The notes under the pieces were generated by a model. That model saw only the letters and a list, made by a program, of their open reading frames with translations, was not told the DNA's origin and did not search any database. 49,576 bases of DNA, taken from Nitrosomonadales bacterium. Lineage in GTDB: Bacteria > Pseudomonadota > Gammaproteobacteria > Burkholderiales > SG8-41. This document shows, one piece after another, positions 28,583 through 38,950 of this stretch. Position 1 is the first letter of the stretch, and each line of letters begins with the position of its first letter. The translations under genes were made by a program, and so were the position numbers. The DNA is taken from contig JAYVQD010000473.1 of the NCBI GenBank assembly GCA_043777275.1, positions 1-49,576 on the forward strand. The letters are read 5' to 3'.

Positions 28583-29422
28583 TCAGGCAGCTTTCGCGAG
28601 CGGCTCGTTCAGCAACGCGGCTGCGCGGTTGCGTTCGTCGAGCAACGCGTCGAATGCCGGCAGATGCGCGTCGCGTTCGATCAGGGTTGGGCGTGGGCCG
28701 ATACGCCGGATAAGCCGTTCATACAGCGCCCAGACTTCGGCGCTTACCGGTGCATCATGGCTGTCGATCAGCAGGGTGGCGCCGAGATTCGGGTCTTGCG
28801 AATGTCCGGCCAGATGAATTTCCATGATCGCCTGTGCGGGCAATCGATCCAGAGTTTGTGCCGCGTCAAACCCCAGATTGCACGCGCTGACGTAAACGTT
28901 GTTGACGTCGAGCAACAGGCCGCAACCGGTGCGGCGCGTAAGTTCAGTGAGAAAATCGATTTCGTTCCAGTCGTGGCCGTCGATTGCCAGATAATGCGAC
29001 GGGTTTTCGATGGCGATAGGGCGATGGAGCGCCTCTTGCGTGATGCAGATATTATCGGCGATGCGCGCGAGTGCCTGATGCGTGCGCGGAAACGGCAACA
29101 GGTCAGGATGATACGCGCCGTTCCAGAACGACCAGGCCAGGTGTTCCGAAACGAGCGACGGTTCAACGCGGCGCGCAAGCTCAGCGAGCCGCGCCAGATG
29201 CACCGTGTCGGGACGCGCATCGGCAGCCAGTGACAGCGACACGCCATGCAGCGATAGGGCATGGCGCTCGCGTATCGCCTCCAGCCACGCCATGCGCGGC
29301 CCGCCAGCGGCGTAATAATTTTCAGGATGCACCTCGAACCACAGCCCGTGCGCGGAACAGGCCAGCGCCGCATCGTAATGTTGCGGCTTTAGGCCGAGTC
29401 CGGCGGTGAGGGCTGTGGTCAT
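28583..29422 (-). CDS. bufB: DUF692 multinuclear non-heme iron oxidase (MNIO; MbnB/BufB-like)
   Basis: [39 protein letters not shown] and EIHLAGHS are the canonical DUF692 blocks. Confidence 0.9.
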   Translation of the reverse strand: MTTALTAGLGLKPQHYDAALACSAHGLWFEVHPENYYAAGGPRMAWLEAIRERHALSLHGVSLSLAADARPDTVHLARLAELARRVEPSLVSEHLAWSFWNGAYHPDLLPFPRTHQALARIADNICITQEALHRPIAIENPSHYLAIDGHDWNEIDFLTELTRRTGCGLLLDVNNVYVSACNLGFDAAQTLDRLPAQAIMEIHLAGHSQDPNLGATLLIDSHDAPVSAEVWALYERLIRRIGPRPTLIERDAHLPAFDALLDERNRAAALLNEPLAKAA

Positions 29423-29450
29423 GGGAATGAGGCGCTGTTGCGTGCGAGCC

Positions 29451-29762
29451 TTACATCTTGTCTTTCTTATCCATCATCGCCGGCTTGAGCGATCCCATGC
29501 CGTTCGGCGATTTCATCGTGGTGCAGGCGCCCTTGGCGACGTACTTCCAATCCGCCGCTTGATAGTCCACTTTGGACGTGCCGGCACAACTGGTGCCGGG
29601 CCCGGAGGCGCAATCGTTCTTGCCGGCCATCGATATACCGTAGCATCTTTCCTTTTCGCCTTTGATCGAGGCACCCTTGTCTTGCGCAAGTGCTGCGCCT
29701 GACGCAAGTGCGGCGAGCGCGGCGAGCGTGACGGCGGTTACAGCCATAGGACGTGAACTCAT
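29451..29762 (-). CDS. bufA: DUF2282 signal-peptide precursor (bufferin BufA1-like RiPP precursor, 103 aa)
   Basis: AGGAG lies upstream of the ATG at 29762. A Sec signal peptide ends ALAQ. The core [43 protein letters not shown] has four spaced Cys. Confidence 0.85.
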   Translation of the reverse strand: MSSRPMAVTAVTLAALAALASGAALAQDKGASIKGEKERCYGISMAGKNDCASGPGTSCAGTSKVDYQAADWKYVAKGACTTMKSPNGMGSLKPAMMDKKDKM

Positions 29763-29838
29763 GATGTTGGCTCCTGTGATGTGATTGAGGGGATCGACCG
29801 GACATGCCTGCATGGCGCACTAACGCGGTCTCAGAGTA

Positions 29839-29866
29839 ATTCGATGCGGTTTGGCGAAAGGTTACA
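29839..29866 (-). promoter_or_regulatory. ECF-type promoter candidate for the bufABC operon (TGTAACC-N16-CGAAT)
   Basis: The minus strand reads CTGTAACCT TTCGCCAAACCGCAT CGAATTA, about 75 nt upstream of the bufA ATG. Confidence 0.4.
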
Positions 29867-29905
29867 GGTCGGGCACAATGGGTAAGAAATATTTCTGGTG
29901 CTGTC

Positions 29906-29933
29906 TGTAACCTGATAGTGCAAATTGACGAAT
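29906..29933 (+). promoter_or_regulatory. ECF-type promoter candidate for the sigma/anti-sigma operon (TGTAACC-N16-CGAAT)
   Basis: The plus strand reads CTGTAACCT GATAGTGCAAATTGA CGAATAA. The architecture is identical to the element on the other strand, 39 nt away. Confidence 0.35.
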
Positions 29934-29949
29934 AAGGAGTGCAGGCCGC

Positions 29950-30501
29950 GTGAGCGCAAGCGCAAGTGAAACCCGGTTACGGCAATTGCTGATGCGTGGG
30001 TTGTCCGGCGAAAACCCCGCCTACCATCAATTTTTGCTGGAACTGAGCGGGCATTTGCGCGCCTTTTTAAGAGGGCGGCTCACGCGCTTGCCGGACGAGG
30101 TGGAGGATATCGTGCAGGAAACGTTGCTCGCCATACACAACCAGCGTCACACCTATGATGCGTCACAGCCGCTGACGGCGTGGGTGTATGCGATTGCCCG
30201 CTACAAGATGGTGGATATGTTGCGGCGTCATGCCGTGCGCGGCGCGCTGCATGATCCGCTGGACGATGAATTGGCGATCTTTGCGGCGTCGGACAACGAA
30301 GCGGGGGACGCGCGCCGTGATCTCGCGCAACTGTTGGCGCAATTGCCGGACGCGCAACGCCTGGCGATTCAAAGCATGAAACTCGACGGGCATTCCGTGG
30401 TGGAGGCTGCGCGGCTGACCGGCATGTCTGAATCCGCCGTTAAAGTGGCGGTGCATCGCGGGCTTAAAAAATTGGCATTGCTGATCAGGAGCGAATCATG
30501 A
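29950..30501 (+). CDS. ECF (sigma-70 family) RNA polymerase sigma factor
   Basis: Region 2 ([36 protein letters not shown]) and region 4 ([40 protein letters not shown]). GTG start, with an alternative ATG at 29992. Confidence 0.9.
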   Translation: MSASASETRLRQLLMRGLSGENPAYHQFLLELSGHLRAFLRGRLTRLPDEVEDIVQETLLAIHNQRHTYDASQPLTAWVYAIARYKMVDMLRRHAVRGALHDPLDDELAIFAASDNEAGDARRDLAQLLAQLPDAQRLAIQSMKLDGHSVVEAARLTGMSESAVKVAVHRGLKKLALLIRSES

Positions 30502-31139
30502 AAACCGCTGAACTGATTGGTCTGCTGGCGAACGGCGCGCCAGCCGTAGACGCCGGTGTGGTTCGGCGCCGTTATGTCATGGCGATGGGCTGGGGCGCTT
30601 TCGGCACACTGTTGCTGATGTCGATCTGGTTCGGTGTGCGGCGTGATCTTGCTGCCGCCGCAGTAGTGCCGATGTTCTGGGTGAAGCTGGCGTTTCCGGC
30701 CGTGCTGCTCTCGGGTGCGCTGATGGCCGCCTTGCGCTTGTCGCGTCCGGGTGTGCGTCTGGGACGCGTACCGCTGGTGATGGCGGCACCCGTGCTCGCG
30801 ATGGCGCTGCTGGCGGCGGTGCTGCTGTTGAACGCCGCGCCTGAAAGCCGGAGTTATCTGCTGTTCGGTGTGTCATGGCGGGTGTGCCCGTTCAATATTG
30901 CGGCGCTGTCTGTGCCTGCGTTCGTCGCCGCGTTGTGGGCGATGAAGGGTCTCGCGCCAACGCGTCCGGTGTGGGCCGGCGCTGCTTCGGGGCTGCTCGC
31001 GGGCACGCTCGGCGCACTGGCGTACTCGCTGTACTGTCCGGAAATGGCGGCGCCGTTTATCGCAATCTGGTATTTGCTGGGCATGCTGATTCCCGCCGTG
31101 GCCGGCGGGATGATGGGGCCGGCGGTATTGCGCTGGTAG
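30498..31139 (+). CDS. NrsF/DUF1109-type membrane anti-sigma factor
   Basis: ATGA overlap with the sigma gene. There are six hydrophobic helices, and the N-terminal [13 protein letters not shown] is typical of DUF1109. Confidence 0.8.
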   Translation: MKTAELIGLLANGAPAVDAGVVRRRYVMAMGWGAFGTLLLMSIWFGVRRDLAAAAVVPMFWVKLAFPAVLLSGALMAALRLSRPGVRLGRVPLVMAAPVLAMALLAAVLLLNAAPESRSYLLFGVSWRVCPFNIAALSVPAFVAALWAMKGLAPTRPVWAGAASGLLAGTLGALAYSLYCPEMAAPFIAIWYLLGMLIPAVAGGMMGPAVLRW

Positions 31140-31194
31140 TGCGCGGTGCGGCGTGCGCGGTTTGCAGGGGTGTAATTCAAACCAAGGAGATTTT

Positions 31195-31659
31195 ATGATT
31201 AAAGCGAAGCGAGTTTCACAAACGATATTCCAGTGCGTGATGGTGTTCGCCACCGGCGCCGCGATTGCAGCCGACGGGCTGATCGAAGTCAAAAGCGCGT
31301 ATGGCGTTAACGAAACCATCACGCGCTTAGAGGCCGCAGCCAAGGAGCGCAAGCTGATTATTTTTCTGCGTGTCGATCACGCGGCGGGCGCGCAAAAAAT
31401 CGGCAAGACCTTGCGTCCTACCGAGTTGTTGATCTTCGGCAATCCGCAGGGCGGCACGCCGCTGATGGAATGCGCGCAATCGGCGGGCATCGACTTGCCG
31501 CTCAAAGCGCTGGCGTGGGAAGACGCTTCAGGGCAAGTGTGGCTCGGCTATAACGATCCGCTCTATCTGGCCGCGCGTCACGGCGCAAAAGATTGCGCGC
31601 AGGTGGCGCAGGGTTTGCGCAAGGCGCTGGACGGGTTGGCGGGCGCTGCCACAAAGTAA
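31195..31659 (+). CDS. DUF302 domain protein with signal peptide
   Basis: AAGGAGA lies upstream of the ATG at 31195. LLIFGNPQGGTPLM and DLPLKALAWED blocks are typical of DUF302. Confidence 0.8.
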   Translation: MIKAKRVSQTIFQCVMVFATGAAIAADGLIEVKSAYGVNETITRLEAAAKERKLIIFLRVDHAAGAQKIGKTLRPTELLIFGNPQGGTPLMECAQSAGIDLPLKALAWEDASGQVWLGYNDPLYLAARHGAKDCAQVAQGLRKALDGLAGAATK

Positions 31660-31665
31660 ATAATC

Positions 31666-31690
31666 GTAAGTATTTGTTTTTATTGAATAA
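31666..31690 (+). repeat. AT-rich motif copy g (GTAAGTATTTGTTTTTATTGAATAA)
   Basis: Exact 25-mer, 6 nt after the DUF302 stop codon, in sense orientation. Confidence 0.9.
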
Positions 31691-31984
31691 ACTGTAACCA
31701 ACTTACGCCGCGCGCGTTGATGTGCCGCACTGTTGCGACGCCGCTCGGGGGGCGGTGTGCTGGGTGGTATCGCCGGCGCGAATGGTATGCGCGGCCGCCG
31801 CTCACGGCTTGGGCGCTGCGCATCGGGAGGGTGCACACCAGCGCCCCCGGTTTTGTAATCACGAACCTTGCACTTGCGCAACTCGCGCGGACCTCGCCGC
31901 AGACCGCTTCATTGACCGCAAACCTCTGATTGCGGTACCCTTTCGGATTGCCCGCCGTGGGTTCCTGCGGTTTTCTCCCGTCCT

Positions 31985-32212
31985 ATGTCCAAACCCGCCA
32001 AAGCCCCCACATTTGAATCCGCGCTCGCCGAACTCGAAGAGATCGTTTCGGATATGGAGGCGGGTCAACTGCCGCTCGAAAAATCCCTCGCGGCGTATCA
32101 ACGCGGGGCGGAGTTATTGAAATTTTGCCAAACCACGCTGCAGGATGCCCAACAGCAGGTCAAGATACTCGAAGACGGTGTGCTGAAAAACTTCGCTGCG
32201 GGTGGCCAGTAA
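31985..32212 (+). CDS. xseB: Exodeoxyribonuclease VII small subunit
   Basis: FESALAELEEIVSDMEAGQLPLEKSLAAYQRGAELLKFCQ is the typical XseB sequence. Confidence 0.9.
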   Translation: MSKPAKAPTFESALAELEEIVSDMEAGQLPLEKSLAAYQRGAELLKFCQTTLQDAQQQVKILEDGVLKNFAAGGQ

Positions 32213-32230
32213 TGGCTGGGCAGTGACGCC

Positions 32231-33130
32231 GTGACAAATCAACCAGACTTTCAGGCCTGGGCCGCGGCCGGGCAGAGCCGTATCGAGACCGTGCTGCAAA
32301 AATTGCTGCCAGCGCCGGAGATAGCGCCGCAACGCCTGCATCAGGCCATGCGCTACGCGGTGCTGGGCGGCGGCAAGCGCGTGCGTCCTTTGCTCGCCTT
32401 CGCGGCGGGTGAGCTCTCGCAGGCTGATCCCGAACGCGCGGCGCTGGCCGGCGCGGCGGTGGAAATCATCCACGCCTATTCGCTGGTGCATGACGATTTG
32501 CCGTGCATGGACGACGACGTTTTGCGGCGCGGCAAGCCGACCTGCCATGTCGAATTCGACGAGCCGACTGCGCTGTTGGTGGGCGACGCGCTGCAAAGCC
32601 TCGCGTTTCAAGTGATGACGGAATACAAGCTGTGCGATGACGCGAAGACGCAACTGGACATGACCCGCTTGCTGGCGGTGGCCTCGGGCTCGCGCGGCAT
32701 GGCGGGCGGACAGGCGATTGATCTGGAAGCCGTGGGCAAGGTGTTGACGGTGCCGGAACTGGAATTCATGCATGTGCATAAAACCGGCGCTATCATCCGC
32801 GCGGCGGCCTTGCTCGGACTCAAATGCGGCACACCCTTGAGCGCGCAGGCGTATGCGCACGTGGACACCTTTGCCAAGCTGATCGGGCTGGCGTTTCAGG
32901 TGGTGGATGATGTGCTGGATGTGGATGCTTCGAGCGCCACCCTCGGCAAGACGGCGGGTAAAGATGCCGAACAAGGCAAACCCACCTATGTCAGCGCAAT
33001 GGGCCTCACCCGCGCGAAAGCCTTCGCTGAAGCATTGCGTGTGGACGCGATGAAGTCACTGGAAAGTTTTGGCGAGCGCGCGCTGCGCTTGCGGCAATTG
33101 GCCGATTTTATTGTGCTACGAAAGTTTTGA
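32231..33130 (+). CDS. ispA: Farnesyl diphosphate synthase
   Basis: DDxxD motifs ([17 protein letters not shown] and FQVVDDVLD). It sits in the classic xseB-ispA-dxs order. Confidence 0.9.
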   Translation: MTNQPDFQAWAAAGQSRIETVLQKLLPAPEIAPQRLHQAMRYAVLGGGKRVRPLLAFAAGELSQADPERAALAGAAVEIIHAYSLVHDDLPCMDDDVLRRGKPTCHVEFDEPTALLVGDALQSLAFQVMTEYKLCDDAKTQLDMTRLLAVASGSRGMAGGQAIDLEAVGKVLTVPELEFMHVHKTGAIIRAAALLGLKCGTPLSAQAYAHVDTFAKLIGLAFQVVDDVLDVDASSATLGKTAGKDAEQGKPTYVSAMGLTRAKAFAEALRVDAMKSLESFGERALRLRQLADFIVLRKF

Positions 33131-34968
33131 TGCCCCCGATGTATGAACTGCTGAAAACCATTGATTCTCCGAAGGCCTTGCGTGAATTGGAGCGTAGCCA
33201 GTTGCACCGGCTGGCCAAGGAGTTACGCGAGTTCATGATCGAATCGGTGAGCCAGACCGGCGGGCACTTGTCGTCGAACCTCGGCACGGTCGAGCTCACC
33301 ATCGCATTGCATTACGTATTCAATACGCCGCACGACCGGCTGGTGTGGGACGTGGGACATCAAACGTACGGCCACAAGGTGTTGACCGGGCGGCGCGAAC
33401 GCATGAACACCCTGCGCATGTGGCAGGGGTTGTCGGGTTTTCCGCAGCGCACGGAATCGGAATACGATACGTTCGGCACGGCGCATTCGAGCACCTCGAT
33501 CAGTGCCGCGCTGGGCATGGCGGTGGCGTCCAAGCTCGCGGGCGTGCGGCGTCAGGCGGTGGCGATCATCGGCGACGGCGCGATGACAGCGGGCATGGCG
33601 TTCGAGGCGCTGAACAACGCGGGCGACATGGATGTCGATCTGCTGGTGATCCTGAACGACAACGATATGTCGATTTCGCCGCCGGTGGGCGCGCTGAACA
33701 AGTATCTCGCCAAACTGATGTCGGGCCGTTTTTACTCGAAGGCCAAAGGCCTGGGGCAAAAAGTGCTGGGCGACATTGCGCGCCGTGCCGAAGAGCACGT
33801 TAAAGGCATGGTCACACCCAGCACGATGTTCGAGGAATTCGGCTTTAACTACATCGGCCCGATCGACGGGCACGATCTGGATGCGCTGCTGCCGACGTTG
33901 CACAACATCAAGCAATTGAAAGGCCCGCAGTTCCTGCATGTGGTGACGCGCAAAGGCCAAGGTTACAAACTGGCCGAAGCGGACCCGGTGCTGTATCACG
34001 GCGTCTCCAAGTTCGATTCCACCAATGGTATCGCGGGCGGCAAATCCGGTGGCAAGCCCGCCTACATGCAGGTGTTCGGGGAATGGCTGTGCGCGATGGC
34101 GGCGCACGACAAGCGGCTGGTGGGCATTACCCCGGCGATGCGCGAAGGTTCGGGCATGGTGCAATTTGCCGCGCAATATCCTGACCGCTATTTTGATACC
34201 GGCATTGCGGAGCAGCACGCGGTCACCTTCGCCGCAGGTCTGGCGTGCGAAGGCGCAAAGCCGGTGCTGGCGATTTACTCCACGTTTTTGCAACGCGGCT
34301 TCGATCAACTGATACACGACGTGCAGATACAGAATCTGCCGGTGGTGTTTGCGCTCGATCGCGCGGGCTTGGTCGGCGCCGATGGCGCCACGCATCACGG
34401 CAGTTTTGATTTGTCGTATCTGCGTTGCCTGCCCAACATGACGGTGATGACGCCTTCCGATGAAAACGAGTGCTGGCAGATGTTGAGTACGGCATTCAGC
34501 ATGAACTCGCCGGTGGCGGTGCGTTATCCGCGCGGGGCGGGGCCGGGCGTGGCGATTGAGCGCGATTTCAAGACCCTGCCGGTGGGCAAGGGCGTGCTGC
34601 GGCGGCAGGGTACGACGATTGCGATACTCGCTTTCGGTTCGATGCTGACGCCGGCGCTGGCGGCAGCGGAAGAGTTAAACGCGAGCGTCGCCAATATGCG
34701 CTTTGTCAAACCTCTGGATGCTGAATTGATTCTGTCGCTCGCCGACACGCATGACTTGCTGGTGACGGTGGAAGAAAACGTAGTGATGGGCGGCGCGGGC
34801 AGCGCAGTGCTTGAATTGTTGCAGCAACACCGGCGTAATAACTCGGTGTTGCAATTGGGCTTGCCGGATCGCTTTGTCGATCAGGGGGACCCTGCTTTGC
34901 AGCTTGCGGCTTGCGGTTTGGATAAGGCCGGGCTATTGCAGGCGATTCGTGCCCGCGTTGGGGCGTAA
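33130..34968 (+). CDS. dxs: 1-deoxy-D-xylulose-5-phosphate synthase
   Basis: [50 protein letters not shown] and the transketolase-like C-terminus. The start is ambiguous (TTG 33127, ATG 33130, ATG 33139). Confidence 0.95.
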   Translation: MPPMYELLKTIDSPKALRELERSQLHRLAKELREFMIESVSQTGGHLSSNLGTVELTIALHYVFNTPHDRLVWDVGHQTYGHKVLTGRRERMNTLRMWQGLSGFPQRTESEYDTFGTAHSSTSISAALGMAVASKLAGVRRQAVAIIGDGAMTAGMAFEALNNAGDMDVDLLVILNDNDMSISPPVGALNKYLAKLMSGRFYSKAKGLGQKVLGDIARRAEEHVKGMVTPSTMFEEFGFNYIGPIDGHDLDALLPTLHNIKQLKGPQFLHVVTRKGQGYKLAEADPVLYHGVSKFDSTNGIAGGKSGGKPAYMQVFGEWLCAMAAHDKRLVGITPAMREGSGMVQFAAQYPDRYFDTGIAEQHAVTFAAGLACEGAKPVLAIYSTFLQRGFDQLIHDVQIQNLPVVFALDRAGLVGADGATHHGSFDLSYLRCLPNMTVMTPSDENECWQMLSTAFSMNSPVAVRYPRGAGPGVAIERDFKTLPVGKGVLRRQGTTIAILAFGSMLTPALAAAEELNASVANMRFVKPLDAELILSLADTHDLLVTVEENVVMGGAGSAVLELLQQHRRNNSVLQLGLPDRFVDQGDPALQLAACGLDKAGLLQAIRARVGA

Positions 34969-34998
34969 AATAACCGCAATAACACGAGCGGGGCAGCG

Positions 34999-35622
34999 AT
35001 GACGACCAAACGGCAAATGGTGGATGATGACGATACCGAGGGTTATTCCAAGGTGGATAATTACCACCCCGTGACGGTAAAGCGCGTGGCGGACAAATAC
35101 CGCACGATACTGAAAGACCTCGGTGAGAACCCGGATCGCGAGGGTTTGCTCAAAACACCGGAGCGCGTGGCCAAGGCGCTGCATTATCTGACGCACGGCT
35201 ACGATCTCGATCCGGCGGAAATTCTGCGTTCCGCGATGTTCGCCGAGGATTATTCGCAGATGGTCATCGTCAAGGACATCGAAATCTATTCGATGTGCGA
35301 GCACCACCTGTTGCCGTTTTTCGGCAAGGCGCACGTGGCGTATATTCCGAACGGGCGCATCGTCGGGCTGTCGAAGATTCCGCGTGTGGTGGACGCCTTC
35401 GCGCGGCGCCTGCAAGTGCAGGAGCGGCTCACCATGGAAGTGCGCAACTGTCTTGAAGAAACCTTAAAGCCCCTCGGCGTGGCGGTGGTGATCGAGGCCA
35501 AGCACCTGTGCATGGTGATGCGCGGTATTCAGAAACAAAACTCCACCACTACCACCTCGGCGTTTACCGGCGAGTTCAACGTCGATAAAACGCGCTCTGA
35601 ATTCCTGCGCTTGCTCCAGTGA
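34999..35622 (+). CDS. folE: GTP cyclohydrolase I
   Basis: [33 protein letters not shown] and [14 protein letters not shown] are the canonical FolE blocks. Confidence 0.9.
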   Translation: MTTKRQMVDDDDTEGYSKVDNYHPVTVKRVADKYRTILKDLGENPDREGLLKTPERVAKALHYLTHGYDLDPAEILRSAMFAEDYSQMVIVKDIEIYSMCEHHLLPFFGKAHVAYIPNGRIVGLSKIPRVVDAFARRLQVQERLTMEVRNCLEETLKPLGVAVVIEAKHLCMVMRGIQKQNSTTTTSAFTGEFNVDKTRSEFLRLLQ

Positions 35623-36878
35623 AGACCGGGAACAGCACCAAGGCCATGGAGCAGATTGTGCCCGCCGTGCGCGGCGGCAGTATGGTGATTTTGGTCGATG
35701 ACGAACGCCGCGAGAACGAAGGCGATTTGTTTGTCGCGGCCGAAAAAGCCACACCCGAAGCGATTAATTTCATGGCGCTGCATGGCCGCGGGCTGATCTC
35801 GCTGGCGCTGACCGAAGAGCGCGTGCGGCAGCTCGGGCTGTCGCTGATTACCGACGACACCGGCAATCAAACCAAATTCGGCACCGCCTTCGCCACGCCC
35901 ATTGATGCAAGGGTAGGCGTCGCCTCCGGCATGTCGGCGCAGGATCGCGCGCGCACCATCGCGGTGGCGATTGCGGATAACGCCAAGCCCGCGGATTTGA
36001 TACGCCCCGGCCGCCTGCAAACCTTGCGCGCGGTGGATGGCGGCGTGCTGGCGCGCAGCGGTCACACCGAAGCCGCAGTTGATCTGGCGCGCATGGCGGG
36101 GTTAAAACCGGCCGGTGTGATCTGCGAAATCATGAATGACGACGGCACCATGGCGCGTCTGCCGGAGCTGGAAGCCTTCTCGGCGCGTCACCACATACCC
36201 ATCCTGCGCATTGCCGATCTGGTGGCGTGCCGCGAGAGCGAGCGTGTGATCACCCGCCGCGCCACCACGCGGCTGCCCACCCGTGGCGCAGGTGATTTTG
36301 AGTTCATGGTCTACAGCGACAACCTGGAGACCACGCTGTTTGTGGCGCTGGTCAAAGGCGCCGTGGCCGGAGATAAGCCGGTGCTGGTGCGTTTGCATTC
36401 GCAATGCCTGACCGGCGATGTATTCGGCAGCGAACGCTGTGATTGCGGCGAGCAGCTCGAAGCCGCGATGGAACTGATCGAGCAGGCGGGCGCTGGTGTG
36501 ATCGTTTACATGTTCGACGAAGGTCGCGGCATCGGGCTGCTCAACAAGATACGCGCCTACGCGTTGCAGGATCAGGGGCGCGATACGGTGGAGGCGAATC
36601 ACGCGCTGGGTTTTGCCGCTGACATGCGCGATTACAAAGCCGGTGCGCACGTTTTGATTGATCTGGGTGTGCGCCACGTGCGCCTGATGACCAATAACCC
36701 GGATAAGGTGGCGGCACTGGAGCGTCACGGACTTACCGTCGCGGAGCGCGTCGCGATTGAAGTGCCGCCGCGTGAGGCGAATCGCAATTACATGGAAACC
36801 AAGCGCACAAAGTTCGGGCACCTGCTGTCGTTGACGGGCGCCACGCCACCGCGCTCAACCACGCCGGACAACAAATAA
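35619..36878 (+). CDS. ribBA: Bifunctional 3,4-dihydroxy-2-butanone-4-phosphate synthase / GTP cyclohydrolase II
   Basis: RibB part ([25 protein letters not shown]) and RibA part ([20 protein letters not shown]). The start is GTG 35619 or ATG 35646. Confidence 0.9.
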   Translation: MKTGNSTKAMEQIVPAVRGGSMVILVDDERRENEGDLFVAAEKATPEAINFMALHGRGLISLALTEERVRQLGLSLITDDTGNQTKFGTAFATPIDARVGVASGMSAQDRARTIAVAIADNAKPADLIRPGRLQTLRAVDGGVLARSGHTEAAVDLARMAGLKPAGVICEIMNDDGTMARLPELEAFSARHHIPILRIADLVACRESERVITRRATTRLPTRGAGDFEFMVYSDNLETTLFVALVKGAVAGDKPVLVRLHSQCLTGDVFGSERCDCGEQLEAAMELIEQAGAGVIVYMFDEGRGIGLLNKIRAYALQDQGRDTVEANHALGFAADMRDYKAGAHVLIDLGVRHVRLMTNNPDKVAALERHGLTVAERVAIEVPPREANRNYMETKRTKFGHLLSLTGATPPRSTTPDNK

Positions 36879-36896
36879 ACCCAATACCAATAATAT

Positions 36897-36921
36897 ATAA
36901 GTATTTGTTTTTAAACGATTT
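36897..36921 (+). repeat. AT-rich motif copy h (ATAAGTATTTGTTTTTAAACGATTT)
   Basis: It lies between the convergent ribBA and protease genes. It abuts the protease stop (36922..36924) and is 19 nt after the ribBA stop. Confidence 0.8.
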
Positions 36922-37587
36922 TTAGTATCGTCGCGTCAGTGTCATGGAGTCGCCATCGCGCCGCATCTCGGTGCGATTGAGAAAGCTCAGGCCGAGCAGA
37001 CCAAATCGCCCCAATTGATTGTTCTCCAGTACCACGCCATCCACGTTGTTCAACGTGATATCGCCAAGACGCACGGTGTCGAGTTTTACTTTGTAGGCGG
37101 CGGTGACGCCATTGGCGGTTTGCATCATGCCGCGTTCGCCCGAGGTGTAGGCGATGCCCGCGCTTTTTGCGTGTGCGCTGCTGATGGTGACCATGGTGGC
37201 GCCGGTGTCCACCATGAACGGCACCGACACCCCATTGACCGTTGCGGTGGTGAAAAAATGCCCGCTGGCGTCTGCGGTAATCGTGGTGCGCTGCGGCCCG
37301 CCGCCGCCTGTCCCAGAGGTGATGCGCTGACCCATTTGCACCGTCTGGCGTTTGCCGTCGATTTCCACCACCGCACTTTCCGCGGCGGTGCTGATCAGGC
37401 GTATTTTTTCGGGGGATAACTCGCCGACTGACAAGGTGCGTGGCCGGCCGCCGTCGATCACCAGCGTGGCCTTGCTGCCGAAAACGCCGATGACCTGCAC
37501 ATCGGCGCCATGGGTAAGAGCGACGCAGCCCGAGACTGCGGTTACAATAATCCGCGCCAGAACACGAAATGTACACAGGGAGCGCAT
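36922..37587 (-). CDS. Retropepsin-like (clan AA) aspartic protease, probable lipoprotein
   Basis: Catalytic FMVDTGAT motif and a lipobox-like AVSGC at the N-terminus. Length 221 aa. Confidence 0.75.
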   Translation of the reverse strand: MRSLCTFRVLARIIVTAVSGCVALTHGADVQVIGVFGSKATLVIDGGRPRTLSVGELSPEKIRLISTAAESAVVEIDGKRQTVQMGQRITSGTGGGGPQRTTITADASGHFFTTATVNGVSVPFMVDTGATMVTISSAHAKSAGIAYTSGERGMMQTANGVTAAYKVKLDTVRLGDITLNNVDGVVLENNQLGRFGLLGLSFLNRTEMRRDGDSMTLTRRY

Positions 37588-38309
37588 GGGTGAATCCCGT
37601 AGCTGTTTTCAGACACTCGATTACCGAAGGCCCAGGTTATTTTGCCACAGTACTGGATCGTCATCGCATCCCGTGGCGGCTCATCAAAACGGACGAGGGC
37701 GAGGCGGTGCCGGTTGATCCGGCGGATTTCAGCGGCCTGGCGTTCATGGGCGGCCCGATGAGCGTGAACGATGATTTACCGTGGATACCGCCGGTGCTGC
37801 AACTGATCGCGACCGCGGTACGCACCGAGGTGCCAGTGATCGGTCATTGCCTCGGCGGGCAGTTGATCTCCAAGGCGCTGGGCGGCGTGGTCACGCGCAA
37901 TCCAGTGAAAGAGATCGGCTGGGGCCGGGTGGACATTTTACCGAGGGATGAGAGCCGCAGCTGGCTCGGCGAGGTGGCATCGTTCGAGTCGTTTCACTGG
38001 CATGGCGAAACATTTTCCATTCCGCCCGGCGCGGTGCGGCTGGCCGCCAGCGCATACTGCCCCAATCAGATATTTGCGCTGGGCAAGCATGTGGGCATGC
38101 AGTGTCATGTGGAAATGACGCCGGCGCTGATCAAAGACTGGTGCCGCGACTGGGATCAGGAAGTGCGCTCGCTGGCGCGGCATACGCCTTCGGTGCAAAC
38201 GCCGGATCAAATGCTGCGGGAAGTTGAGCAAAAGACCGTGCGCCTGCACAGCATCGCGGATCAGATTTACGGGGTGTGGATGCGGGGGCTGCTGAACGGC
38301 AAAGGCTAA
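37569..38309 (+). CDS. Class I glutamine amidotransferase-like protein
   Basis: Nucleophile elbow GHCLGGQL and downstream HWHGE / QCHVE motifs. The true start may be GTG 37590, which removes the 19-nt head-to-head overlap with the protease gene. Confidence 0.75.
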   Translation: MYTGSAWVNPVAVFRHSITEGPGYFATVLDRHRIPWRLIKTDEGEAVPVDPADFSGLAFMGGPMSVNDDLPWIPPVLQLIATAVRTEVPVIGHCLGGQLISKALGGVVTRNPVKEIGWGRVDILPRDESRSWLGEVASFESFHWHGETFSIPPGAVRLAASAYCPNQIFALGKHVGMQCHVEMTPALIKDWCRDWDQEVRSLARHTPSVQTPDQMLREVEQKTVRLHSIADQIYGVWMRGLLNGKG

Positions 38310-38321
38310 ACGCTTCACCGA

Positions 38322-38402
38322 AAAGGCGCAAAGAATCGCCGCAAAGAACACCTGAAAGCCACGCACTTCTTTGCGTTTCCTTTGCGTCTTTGCGCCTTTG
38401 CG
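38322..38402. repeat. Imperfect long hairpin built from CGCAAAG / CTTTGCG units (REP-like; likely terminator between convergent genes)
   Basis: The left arm is AAGGCGCAAAGAATCGCCGCAAAGAA. The right arm is TTCTTTGCGTTTCCTTTGCGTCTTTGCGCCTT. Confidence 0.6.
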
Positions 38403-38445
38403 GTGAGGTTTTGAACTTGAAGTGGCCGTTAATTGCGCCGCGAGA

Positions 38446-38937
38446 TCAGTCGCGGAAGTTTTTGAATTGCAGCGGAAAATCGGTAATCGATTTGCGCATC
38501 AGGGCGATGGCGTCCTGCAGCAGGTCTTTTTTGGCGCCGGTCACGCGTACCACATCGCCCTGAATGCTGCCTTGAACCTTCATCTTGCTGTCTTTGAGGA
38601 GCTTGATGATTTTCTTGCCGAGTTCCTGATCGACGCCTTCGCGCACCTTGACGATGCGCTTGACCTTATTGCCGCCGATGGTTTCGATTTTTTCCAGTTC
38701 CAGGCAACGCACGTCGATGCCGCGCTTGGCGAGGCGGCCGGTGAGCACGTCCATCACCTGACTGAGTTTGAAATCGTCATCGGCGTAGACAACGAGTTCT
38801 TTCTCTTTGTCCTTGATCTCGACGCGGGCATCCGACCCTTTGAAGTCGAAGCGGTTGGTGACTTCCTTGTTGCACTGGTCAACCGCGTTGCGAACTTCCG
38901 GCTGATTGACTTCGGAGGCAATATCGAATGTGGGCAT
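38446..38937 (-). CDS. yajQ: YajQ-family nucleotide (c-di-GMP)-binding protein
   Basis: [34 protein letters not shown] matches the UPF0234/YajQ N-terminus. Length 163 aa. Confidence 0.9.
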   Translation of the reverse strand: MPTFDIASEVNQPEVRNAVDQCNKEVTNRFDFKGSDARVEIKDKEKELVVYADDDFKLSQVMDVLTGRLAKRGIDVRCLELEKIETIGGNKVKRIVKVREGVDQELGKKIIKLLKDSKMKVQGSIQGDVVRVTGAKKDLLQDAIALMRKSITDFPLQFKNFRD

Positions 38938-38950
38938 GACGAACTCCCTG

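Noticed and set aside
33000-33140. I looked for a TPP riboswitch ahead of dxs and an FMN riboswitch ahead of ribBA.
   Set aside because: dxs and ribBA start within or immediately after the preceding genes (overlap or a 30-nt gap), leaving no room for a leader. No conserved riboswitch cores were seen.
36911-37576. An alternative-frame 221-aa ORF overlaps the aspartic protease gene on the same strand.
   Set aside because: Its product is Arg/Gly/His-rich low complexity. The neighbouring frame (36922..37587) carries the DTGAT catalytic motif and a lipobox.
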